DNA from: Octopus sinensis
Taxonomy: Eukaryota
Direction of reading: 5' to 3'
Length of the DNA: 64,000 nt
Assembly (NCBI RefSeq): GCF_006345805.1
Contig: NC_042999.1
Coordinates: forward strand, 116,994,001-117,058,000
How positions within the stretch are numbered: position 1 is the stretch's first letter; every line of letters starts with the position of its first letter. Shown one piece after another: positions 37,694 to 48,400 of the stretch. A model generated the notes under the pieces. It was not told the DNA's origin and made no database searches. It saw nothing but the letters and a program-made list of their open reading frames with translations. The position numbers and the translations under genes are program-made.

Positions 37694-37835
37694 ATCCATG
37701 CAGAACTGTTAAACAGAGAAAATCCAAATCTTTATAAGGATGCTAACCACAAGCCAGAATTGGCAATTGCTTTAACACCTTTCCAAGGCTTGTGTGGATT
37801 CCATGTAATTCAGGATGTAGCTAAGTACCTTCAAG
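37694..37835 (+). CDS. MPI: MPI exon 4 (IHAELLNRENPNLYKDANHKPELAIALTPFQGLCGFHVIQDVAKYLQ)
   Basis: 142 bp, CAG/GTAAAT boundaries; DxNHKPE motif (Zn-binding Glu). Confidence 0.97.
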
Positions 37836-38627
37836 GTAAATTTTCTCTTATTAACAGAAATTCAACATTAAGTTTCCTTGTTGGCATAAAATTGGGAAAT
37901 ATATTGCTTATTAGTATTAGCTTTTATGGGCACAGCATTTTTGGGTTGGTTGTATATGCTTATATGTTACAGGTATTGGAGCTTGGGGAAGGGCAAACTC
38001 AAGGGCTGTTCCAGGTGGCACACAGCCTAGCTATACCACTGCATGTCTGCTAGCCTTTATAAAATACTACAAAGGAAAGACATTGAGATTCTTTAGGGCT
38101 ATGTCTCTCAACCATTTTTTTACCTCTGGACTCCTTTGATTCCTAGTTTACTCAGGTAGAACCTCATGGCCATTTGATGTTTAAAAAATCTTATATCTTT
38201 ATAATTAAATAACATTAGGAATTGTATCAAAAAATTAAAATATTTTGAGTATTGTTGAAGTATGACCAATTTATTGCAGAGAAATTTTTACAACAAAATC
38301 TTATATGGACCCTGGTTGAGAACCACTGTTTTAGATAGATGGCCCATTAGATATTTATGGGTTCTGAATTATTTTTCCTGTTTTTTAACTGAATTTTTGA
38401 GAGCAGTTTGGTTCATTTTTAATATTCTTGTTTGTGTGAGCAGATGAGTTTATTTTGGATATTTTCATTTTTAAAATCATCTCTGGCTAATCGTTGTGAG
38501 GACATTGGTGTTGCCTTGACAGAAGTTTTCACTCTGTGAGTGCTCTTGTTTAATTTAATTTGCTTTTGTTCATTTGACTTCATTTAATAGAAATAATATT
38601 TGATAATGTGTTAATGCACTTTTACAG

Positions 38628-38813
38628 ATATACAAGAGTTTCGTACTGTTGTTGGGACTGAAAATGCTATTAAATTGATAACTGCCAGCAGAGCTATTGA
38701 CATGGCTTCACACAGAAGTGTGATGAAAAATGCTTTTGAAGCAATGATGATGAGAGACAAGGAAACATTACAAAAAGAAGTGCGGAAATGGGTTTCAAAG
38801 GTTATGGACATGG
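38628..38813 (+). CDS. MPI: MPI exon 5 (helical domain, DIQEFRTVVG...KVMDM)
   Basis: 186 bp, CAG/GTAAAT boundaries; phase 1/1 keeps the frame between exons 4 and 6; resembles the human xVPEFxxLIG segment. Confidence 0.93.
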
Positions 38814-38873
38814 GTAAATATTGTAACCATTTTAACTTTCTTTTTCCTCTACACACACACACACACTCACTAA

Positions 38874-38909
<36 letters not shown>

Positions 38910-39141
38910 TCATATATTGAGGATGAAAGCAAATTAAAATCTAAAATATTAAATAATGATATAATTCCGGTAGTCTAGGTTAAAACACTAATTCAACTAA
39001 TTTATTTATGGAGTTTTTAGTCAACTACTTTTGCTATAACTGGTTGATTGTGAACTGTTGAATGAATATTTTCTTGTGATTTCTCCTAATTGCAGCCATT
39101 TCTGGGATTGTATAGAATGTATTTGATCATTTCTTTTCCAG

Positions 39142-39315
39142 AGGAACAAGGAGAGGATATTTCTCAGTACAATGGAGAGGTGCTTCTAAAACTTCATAGA
39201 GAGTTCCCTGGCGATGTTGGTTGTTTTGCTGTGTATTTTCTCAATCATATCACCCTCCAACCTGGTCAAGCTATGTTCCTTGATGCAAATCTACCACATG
39301 CATACTTGTCTGGAG
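39142..39315 (+). CDS. MPI: MPI exon 6 (EEQGEDISQYNGEVLLKLHREFPGDVGCFAVYFLNHITLQPGQAMFLDANLPHAYLSG)
   Basis: 174 bp, CAG/GTAATG boundaries; PGDxGxF motif and PHAY (Zn-binding His). Confidence 0.98.
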
Positions 39316-39410
39316 GTAATGAATTTTCTTTTAAATTTTAGAATATGTTATGTTTTCTTTAAAATTCTAAAGAGAAACTAAACTCAAATATCTTGTTTAT
39401 GTTCATCCAG

Positions 39411-39619
39411 ATTGTATGGAGTGCATGGCCTGTTCAGATAATGTTGTACGAGCAGGGTTAACTGTGAAATATGTTGATGTGCAGACATTGTGCAAAATGT
39501 TGGACTACACTGGTCGGCAGCCACAGAAAGCTATATTTGCAGCTATTCAAGATACAGAGGACCCTTATGCTGCTATTTTCAAGCCTCCAGTAAATGATTT
39601 TGCTGTTATCCGTATTATG
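39411..39619 (+). CDS. MPI: MPI exon 7 (DCMECMACSDNVVRAGLTVKYVDVQTLCKML...)
   Basis: 209 bp, CAG/GTAAGT boundaries; ECMACSDNVVRAG motif with the catalytic Arg. Confidence 0.98.
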
Positions 39620-40464
39620 GTAAGTGATTTCTTTTCATTTTAAATAAAAGTTCTAAGCTTATTTTTATTTGATAAATAGATTAACTCTTTTATGACTGTA
39701 TTTGTTTTGAAATATGAAATACACAGTATATGCATTTCGATTGATTTTAAAGTAATCAAAAATTTAGAGAATTTAGTAAAATAAATATTCTATTTTTTAA
39801 GTTGATATTTTGGAACATAACTAAACGTTCTTATTTAAGTTGAAGATATTTTAAATTTAAATATAAACACTTTAATGCAAATGGTATTTTACTGTGGGAC
39901 AAGGGGTGATCTCAGTTCAGTTGGTATTAAAAGGTTAAACTGCAAAATTCTTTGTTTTCTAAAATTTACAACTCATTGAATATTTTGAGAGATGAATCAG
40001 TTCAGCAAATTTAAAACTAATCACTTTCTAGCATTTCCAGACTAACATTAGCTGGATTTGTCTCGCATAACATTTAAAAAAAAATAGTTACTTATCCAGC
40101 AAAGCTGTGAAACCCTTTTTTTATTGACAAGCACTTTCATCACCATCGTCATTGTTTAATATCTGCTTTCCATGCTGGCATGGATTGGATGGCTTCACCG
40201 AGAACTGGCAAGCCAGGAAGCTGCACCAGACTCCAATCTGATTTGGCAAGGTTTCTGTCGCTGGATGTCCTTCCCAACGCCAACCACTCCAAGAGTGTAG
40301 TGGATGCTTTTTACATGCCACCAGCAAGGGAGACAGTCAGGCAGCACTGGCATTGGCAACGCTGAAATGGTGCTTTTCATGTGCTAGTCAGGTGGCACTG
40401 GCTCGGCCATGCTCAAATGGTGCTTTTTACATGCCACTGACACAGGTGCCAATTGTCTGTTATA

Positions 40465-40514
<50 letters not shown>

Positions 40515-40780
40515 CACACTCACACACACAGGTATACACAAGTGATTGAACAAATGAAAGCATTCAACAAACTTGGTTGAAATTACCTGTATTTTATAAC
40601 AGTTTAACTTGGCTCTATGTTTCATAAAATTGCATGGATGTAGGACTTTCCATCTCATCAGATATTTGGAGAGATTCTGTATGTATATATCATCATTTAA
40701 TATCTGTCTTCCATGTTGGCATGGGTTGGACATTTTGAAAGGATCTAATTATCTGGAGGATAGTGTTGAGCTGCAATGTC

Positions 40781-41839
40781 CTTTGGAATGCTACTTGGAT
40801 GATTGCCTCATCCTATGGTCCCACACACATGACCAAATCAATGATTTCCAAAACTTAATCAACAGTGTCAACAACCATATCCAATTTACAATGGAATATA
40901 GTCAAGACCAACTTCCTTTTCTTGACATTCTTATTATAAAAAAAAATGCACCAACATGGAAACTGATGTTCACTACAAACCAACTGATTCCAAACAATAC
41001 ATTCTGTTCACCTCCAAAGCACATGAAAACAAACATCCCCTTCAACCTAGCGAGAAGAATCTGTACAATTGTCTCAAATTATAGAACATGAAATAAAAGA
41101 CTTCAAAAACTAAAGGCAATTCTTCTCAAAAGACATCCAGCATCAATAGTTGACAATGGAATAGAATGGGCCAAGACAATTGCTACCCAAGACTTATGAA
41201 AACTGAAACACACTCACAGTACACTAAATAGTCTCCCATATCTCTCAACACACAATCCAAGAAATACAGAAGCTTACACGATTATATACAAGAACATCCC
41301 ACTACTGAGTCAAGATCCACGTCTAAACAAAGCACTCAAAACCTATAAAATAATAAAAAGCAAAAGGCAACCCAAATCCCTAAAAAAAATCTACTCACCA
41401 ATGCAAAATTACCCAACACAAGCCCACCACCCACCGTCAAAAAATGTGGTCATTCCAACTGCAAGACTTGCATCCACTTAATTGAAGGAACAATATATAA
41501 ATTCCAGTTGGGACACTTTTGTCGTAAAAATGTAACTTCGCCTGCACATCAAAGAATTTACTTTATGCCATAAGGTGTGAAGGGTGCCACAAAGATTACA
41601 TAGGGCAAACGAGCCTTACCCTCAGAGAAAGGATGACAGTCCACTGCCAACAATTGAAGGATCCCACCACAAGACAGATGCCACTTAGTAGTCACTTAGA
41701 TATCTGTGCACAAAGCAAGTCCCCCAAATTCCTAGTTTTCTCACTATATCAATGCCCACACAACACCACTGACCAAACACGAATAAATAGAGAAAATAAT
41801 CTAATTCAAAAATACAGACCACAACTCAACATATACTAA
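40781..41839 (+). mobile_element. 5'-truncated Penelope-like retroelement (RT from YLDD through GIY-YIG), frameshifted
   Basis: YLDDCLILW at 40792; IQFTMEYSQDQLPFLDI and NIPFNLARRICTI thumb region; FACTSKNLLYAIRCEGCHKDYIGQT (41537-41611) and RENNLIQKYRPQLN* ending at 41839. Confidence 0.92.
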
Positions 41840-43170
41840 CATACCCCTCCAGGTACACACCCTCAACAAACACACACAGAAACACATACAGATGTACAAA
41901 ATCACACAAATACAATGCAAACACCCCACACAAACACACACGCACAAACACTATCCCCACGCTAGAACACAAACCTACACACATTCCAAGAGAAAACACA
42001 TATGCACACTTGCAATACGATTCTAGCAACTATAACCAACACGTACATGCACACACCTATTCACACCACCCTGACAATCACAAATCACATTCACACAGAT
42101 ATACACACAAACATGCAAATACAACACAACCCACACAAACACACAGACATGCATATAGGCACACATGTACACACACACACACATGCATATAGGCACACAT
42201 GTACACACACACACACAAACACAATATGCCCGTTCCCCAGTAAAAAATCACACACACACACACTCAAAAGGAAAAAAAACTTACATATACACACAATACA
42301 ATCCCAACAAACACAAACACTCACAAACACACATATATACACAAGCATGCACACACATCCCCAACACAATGACACACACCTCCCCAACAATACAAGACAC
42401 ATAGACACACTCACACAAACACACCCACATGTATACACACACACACTGCACTAACAATACAAACAAAACAAATCACTCACTAATACAACATACACACCTG
42501 GAAAACTACATAAACCATACCCACAAATATACACACACAAGCGCATACTCAGTACCAATGTGCACAGAATGCACACACATACACACCACCCAGATAAACC
42601 CAACACACACGGACACACACAACCACTGATAAATACAACACACTCACACACACACCCACACACAGACATATGCACCCTCACAGACACATACAGTGGCTCA
42701 CATATGCACACACACCAGGACAATTATAACAACACGTACATACTCAGACAGAGACACACACCCATAATATCCCCACCAACACAAAACACACATACACATG
42801 CTCATACACAAACACACATATATACACAAGCATGCACACACACCTCCCCAACAATACAAGACACATAGACACACTCACATAAACACACTGACAAATACTA
42901 ATCACACACACACACCACCAGGACAATTATAACAACATACATATACTTAGACACACACACACTCACGTACACACACAAAAACGTGCACACATACACACCA
43001 TCCTACCAAATATAAAACACAAGCACATGTATATACACACACACACCATTCTGACCTCTGAGACCAGTCCCAAAAACCACTGAACCATGACAGACTAGCC
43101 CAGAAACAAAAAAATCTTTTTGATTCAACATTACTCTCCCTCCCCCCACCAACCAACTCCCACACTGTCC
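41840..43170 (+). repeat. 1.3-kb cryptic (CA)-rich low-complexity tract with internal duplications
   Basis: Almost G-free A/C-rich strand with repeated 35-100 bp blocks (e.g. 42143-42215 tandem; 42325-42425 vs 42809-42888). Confidence 0.9.
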
Positions 43171-43273
43171 CTTAAAATAGCAAACATTTCTTAGCTACAC
43201 ACAAGATGAAATGTCAGAATGACATATCAATTATTCCTCTACAATTTTTTTGTAAATTCTTAAAAATATCTCC

Positions 43274-43321
<48 letters not shown>

Positions 43322-43519
43322 TATATATACTGCCAAACAAACATGATTAATTTAACTCAAGATACTTTTTGGAGTCCCATTCTGATTACTTTCTTAAATA
43401 CTTTCTTGTAAACTGTTTTTAATATTTTCTTAATATCACAAAGAATGTATATCTGTATTTTAATACTTTTGTGATAACCAGTACTTTACACAACAAAGCT
43501 CATACAAAGCTTTACATCT

Positions 43520-43586
43520 TTAGGGTTAAGGTTAAGGTTTTAGGGTTACGGTTAGGGTTTTAGGGTTAGAGTTTTAGGGTAGAGTT
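43520..43586 (+). repeat. Degenerate telomere-like (TTAGGG)n array
   Basis: Five exact TTAGGG hexamers (43520, 43540, 43552, 43560, 43574) interspersed with TTAAGG, TTACGG and TTAGAG variants. Confidence 0.8.
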
Positions 43587-45279
43587 ATGGAAAGAAGTGA
43601 AAAATGGAGAAATTAGAGGGGAGGTGAGGGGGGCAAAAAAGTCTTTCCGAAAATAGTAGCTGAAAAACAGGAAGAGAAAACTAAAAGCAATAGAAATGCA
43701 CGAATGATTATGGTGGTGCCATGAAGTAAACATGCTTCAGATACACTTGTTTATTCATACAAACGTAATTGAGATGAAATATGTCATAAATAACAGTGAC
43801 AAATAAAATATACACCACCGGAAGTTGTTGACAAACAACAGCAGTAATTTTATTAAGCTGAATGCACGTCATTGATTGGCTGAAATTACCGAAATACGAC
43901 AACTTTAACACAAAATGACTTTGAAAATAGAAACTTTTCTCAACAACACTAAGAGTAAAAGATGTTTTATATGACACATTCTATCAGTGTCCGAAGTTTG
44001 AAAATGTTTAGTTGCAAAAAATTAATTTCTCAATCTGCCATTGAAAGGGAAAAGATCCATATATATTATATATATAACACACCTGTAATGATTATCAGAA
44101 GCAGTTGTAAATCAAATTTATTACAATAAAGCAATATATAATGACCAAGGGTGATGAACTATATCATTGGACCCTGCCACAAGATTACGTGGATTTTTGT
44201 TAGCCTGGTGAATGAACAGAGCTTATAAAGTATTTTGCCCTGATTGATAATCCCCCTTTACCTCTGTCCTGTTTTGTCCGTAATCTCCAGGACCATTGAA
44301 ATGACTTCCTCAATATAACATGGAATATCCTTGACAGAGCCTCTCCTTATGCACATACTCTACCAGCCTACAGTTTCCATCAGTAGGAAAGCTGGCATAA
44401 TCTGTTGTCACTAGAGCTGTACCCTATTAATAAACTTCAAATCATTGGCTCCCACTAACCTGGATATAACACTTTAGACCTACTTGACCCATACACAATG
44501 TCAATATATATTAGAGATTACTGTCACACAAATATATAACTCCATCAAATTGGTTATCTCCCCTTTTAGTCACTGCTATTGCTGAAATACTACACCCTTC
44601 AGAATGCAGATTGTCTGTTCTATCATGTGAAGCATTTAATGCAAGAACTGATACTACTAGGATAAGTAAGACAACAATGTGGCCTGAACTGACCAATGGA
44701 GGTTTAAATACTCACACCCAGAAACCATTTTAAATTCCTTTAATTCTGATACTAAATATCTGATGATGTAGACATTTTCTATGCTAATGAAACTTTATGT
44801 GGAGCTGTATCAAACTGTTATTAAATACATGTAACTCTGCACTATTAATTGCCAAGTAAAAATAATACATTGATGATGATAATCTGAGGAATTCTAAAAA
44901 AGTAGATCTATAGCCAAAGCTATTTCAACCATAGCCATTCTCCCTGTTATCGGATGGATTCTCTAGAATTACATTATCCTATCTGCCTTGTTGGGATGAT
45001 TTGTGATTTGAGGGAGATTTGGCTACTATTTTAAGAAGTTCCTTCATTGTTTCACTTTGCTAATAGTATGTGTAAGTGCTGTTGGTAGCGTAATTCTGTA
45101 TATTATATCTTTTTACTTATTGAAGCAAACTTTCTCAGTGACTTAGTAAATTTTTTAAAGAATTAATTCATAAATTTATCATCATCGTTTTTTTGTGGAA
45201 ACTTACTGATGCTTTATATATATGTATATTTAATAAGCTTTTTGCTGTTATTTCTAGTTCTTGATGTTTTTCTTTTCAG

Positions 45280-45495
45280 CTTCCGGGAGATGTGGCTCAG
45301 TATCAACTGAGACCTCTACAAAATGCCAGTATCTGTATTGTAATTAGTGGCAAAGCTGAGGGAACCACAAGGTCGCTTGCTAACCCTCTGAAACTTCAAC
45401 CAGGTTCTGTGTTTTTCATGTCTGCCAATGAAATTGTGACTTTAAAACTTGAAGTAGGTAGTATGCTCTTGTTCCGAGCTCATCCCAACCTATAA
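45280..45495 (+). CDS. MPI: MPI exon 8, terminal (LPGDVAQYQLRPLQNASICIVISG...LFRAHPNL*)
   Basis: Pyrimidine tract plus CAG acceptor; 216 bp ending in TAA; C-terminal cupin-like segment resembles the human end (xSASILLMVQG...LLIFRA). Summed exons = 1275 nt, open frame. Confidence 0.95.
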   Translation, partial: LPGDVAQYQLRPLQNASICIVISGKAEGTTRSLANPLKLQPGSVFFMSANEIVTLKLEVGSMLLFRAHPNL

Positions 45496-48400
45496 GTTGG
45501 TTATCTCTTGGAGCAGCGGGTTGGCTTATTTAGTAGGTCAGTGTTTATTTTGATCTCCCAGCCACCCACTACTCGCCTTCTAAATGGTTAACTCCAAATA
45601 TTAGTAGCTGTTAGAAAGATTGTAAATTTGTGAGGAGCAACTTGAAGAAAATGTTGTATTGAGCTTAACAGCTAATTAGACCACAAAACCCTCTTCTTAG
45701 CTCCTTATTGGTAACTATGTTTTGGTAACCGTGTGTATTGAAGTTGCTCACTACATTGGAAAGTTTCAAATTCATCTTTCACTTGTTCTCTCCCTCTCTT
45801 TCATATACATACACAAAAACACATGCACCAAACATATAAACTTTACTATATAATTTTTTGATAATATCCATTCATTTCAAGAATGTTCTCACTAGTTATT
45901 GTCAATCAATATTAAGAGGAATTCACATTGAGGTTTTGCTTTCTATGTAACTTAGTTTTGATGGGATTTTTTTTTTTCAAATTGGTATTTTCAATAGATT
46001 TTCATAGATTGTCATAATTTTTTTTTTTTTTCTTTTCAAGCTAAGAAAAAGTATGCTTTCAAGTTGTCTGTAATGGTTTTGCATCCACGGTAAAGCATTC
46101 TACATCTTCTGTATATCTCTGCTTATTTGGAAGCTGATTTCTGTTACAAGTGTTTTCTAATCACCAGACCTATTGAATTTTCATCATTGTCATTCAAAGA
46201 TTTTCAGTTCTTTAGTATTAAGAAGTTTAAATCCAAATTTGTTATTAATTTTCATGAATTCTTTTTTATTTTTATTTATTGAAATTAATCAAACAAAATT
46301 CAAATGTGAATCTCAAAAATTAATATTTAGTATAATTATTGGAACTCGTCTATATCAAATTTTGTGCTTTGTTAGATATATTTATAATTTCATGTGAACT
46401 TTCTACTGCACCAGTTAACCTTACTTTATATTCATTTTTAAATTAAAAGAATAACTGTTTGCCAGCTCAACTAGACATATTTCTTGGACATCTCAGTACA
46501 ACAGCTGGTACCTGATATCTTGAGAAAATTTACACATGAAATTTAGTCTTAAGTTTAGGGTTTTATTTCTACTTGCTTTCATATTTTGCTGGTATATATA
46601 TGTTAATTATATCGTCAGAATATTTTCTTCTAAAATATACCTGCCTGTTTCAAATGGGCTGAGGAGTATGCTCTGAGCCATTCAGTACTGCTCTCTCTCT
46701 CTCTTATATATCGAAATGGACACTATAGAATAGTTTAATTGTTCATCAGATGGATTCTGGAATATTTGAATAGGATTTCGTACATGTTGCGCTGAAATAT
46801 TAAATTTTATTTCATTCAGTGTGATTTGCATTTCAAGTTCATTTTGCAAATTAATATTTTATTGTTCCAGTTACTTTGTTTCATTCACACAGACAGACAC
46901 ACACACACATACAGAAACATTTCAAAAAGTTACCATTAGTAGACTAAACTTAATGAATACTACTCTATAGTTGTGTGTGGAAAAATAAGATAATATACCT
47001 GCAAGAATGTTTTGAACATTTTTTTCTACCAGAATTTATTTTTTCACAGACATTTTTGTATTCTTGTTGTTAGGTTTATAATGATTGACAGAAAAAGTCA
47101 AAAACTATTTTATTTTTAGTTTTTGTGTCTATTTTTTGAGAGCTATTAATTTCGTATTCTAGCTAATTTCTTATGTTGTTATTCCTCCGGAATGCTGCTT
47201 TTTCTGCCACTTCTATGAAGTTACTATTGTGAGAATATGTTAAAGTTTTGAAAAGAGAGGTTTAAAAATATAAAAAAAAAAACGCTTTGGAAAATGTTGA
47301 TGTGCTATGTTGAACTTTCCAGTTGAATGATAATCCTTTATACACTAAGGAAATTATATCCTATTTTAGCTGGCTTTCAATTTGTTGACAGTGACTAAGG
47401 CTTTGATTAAGTTCAATTTTAGATTGCAGTCATCTCTGAATGTTTTGTTAATTTTGAACAAGTCTTTTATTACTTGACTTCTGTCAACTAAGTGTAACTC
47501 TCTTCAGAACATTTAATACTTTTTCTCTTCTTCCTGCTGCCTCCTTGTCCATGTCATCATTAATCCAAGTGCTGACAGGCACTTCCTTTTCTCCACTTCA
47601 CTTTCAGTTGAGTGGAATTGGTAGAATTGTATATTTGGATTTAAACAAAATGATTAAAAGGTAAGCTGTAGCACTTAAAAAAAAAATCCAATCTTTTGGT
47701 CTGTTCATCTATTTTTCTGTCAAATGGATGTTTCTCTCAAGCAAAATGTTGAATGAAATAGCTATGTAGCTAGTGTTTATGATTCTTCTGTGGTGAAACA
47801 ATAAATATTTGGATTGAAATATAAACAAACATCTCTCTGTTCAACTAATTCAATGTTTTTTACCAATGTTCTCCAAAAATTTTTTTTTTTTCAAATCTTT
47901 GACATGAAAATATTTGCTCTTGAAATAGTATAACACTTTCAACTAGGGTATCACTTAAAATGATAATTATAGAAGATAAGCCAAATTAAAATCATTTAAA
48001 TATTTATTGATGTAAAAAGAATTGTTCTTTGTCTTTAACATATTGATTATATTTGATATTTATTTTAAAGATATCTGTTGTAACTTGTAGACATGTCAAG
48101 TTGTTGTACTGAATAGCAGTGAAAGGAACGCAAGTTGTGAAGATTAAAAGTTTGTTAAAATGTACTTCTCTTTGTACAATTTCAACTTATTCTTCCATTT
48201 AAAGGAACTTTTGACATTCACATTAGACACAATTTGATAAAGAATTGAATCTAAGGAAAATGGAAACAAAATTAAGTTACTACAGGATGAGTCCATTACT
48301 AGATTGAATAGACGTCATTTTAACAAGTTTTAGTCCATGCTGCCATCAGTGAGCCCCCAGTCTAGCACTTTTTCACCTACCTGACTTTTAGGTTAAATTT

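Noticed and set aside
41826-43165. Cluster of long His/Thr- and Cys/Val-rich ORFs on both strands
   Set aside because: Artefacts of the (CA)/(TG)-rich tract, which lacks stop codons; no splice or domain support.
44511-44696. ORF resembling a secreted peptide (hydrophobic N-terminus)
   Set aside because: Better explained as a decayed RTE endonuclease segment (..VVSVxA.....GDxxxxxG) within a LINE remnant; no exon context.
44759-44800. CTGATGA...GAAAC as a third hammerhead
   Set aside because: Stem II is not flush with GAAA and there is no stem I/III pairing; expected by chance in AT-rich DNA.
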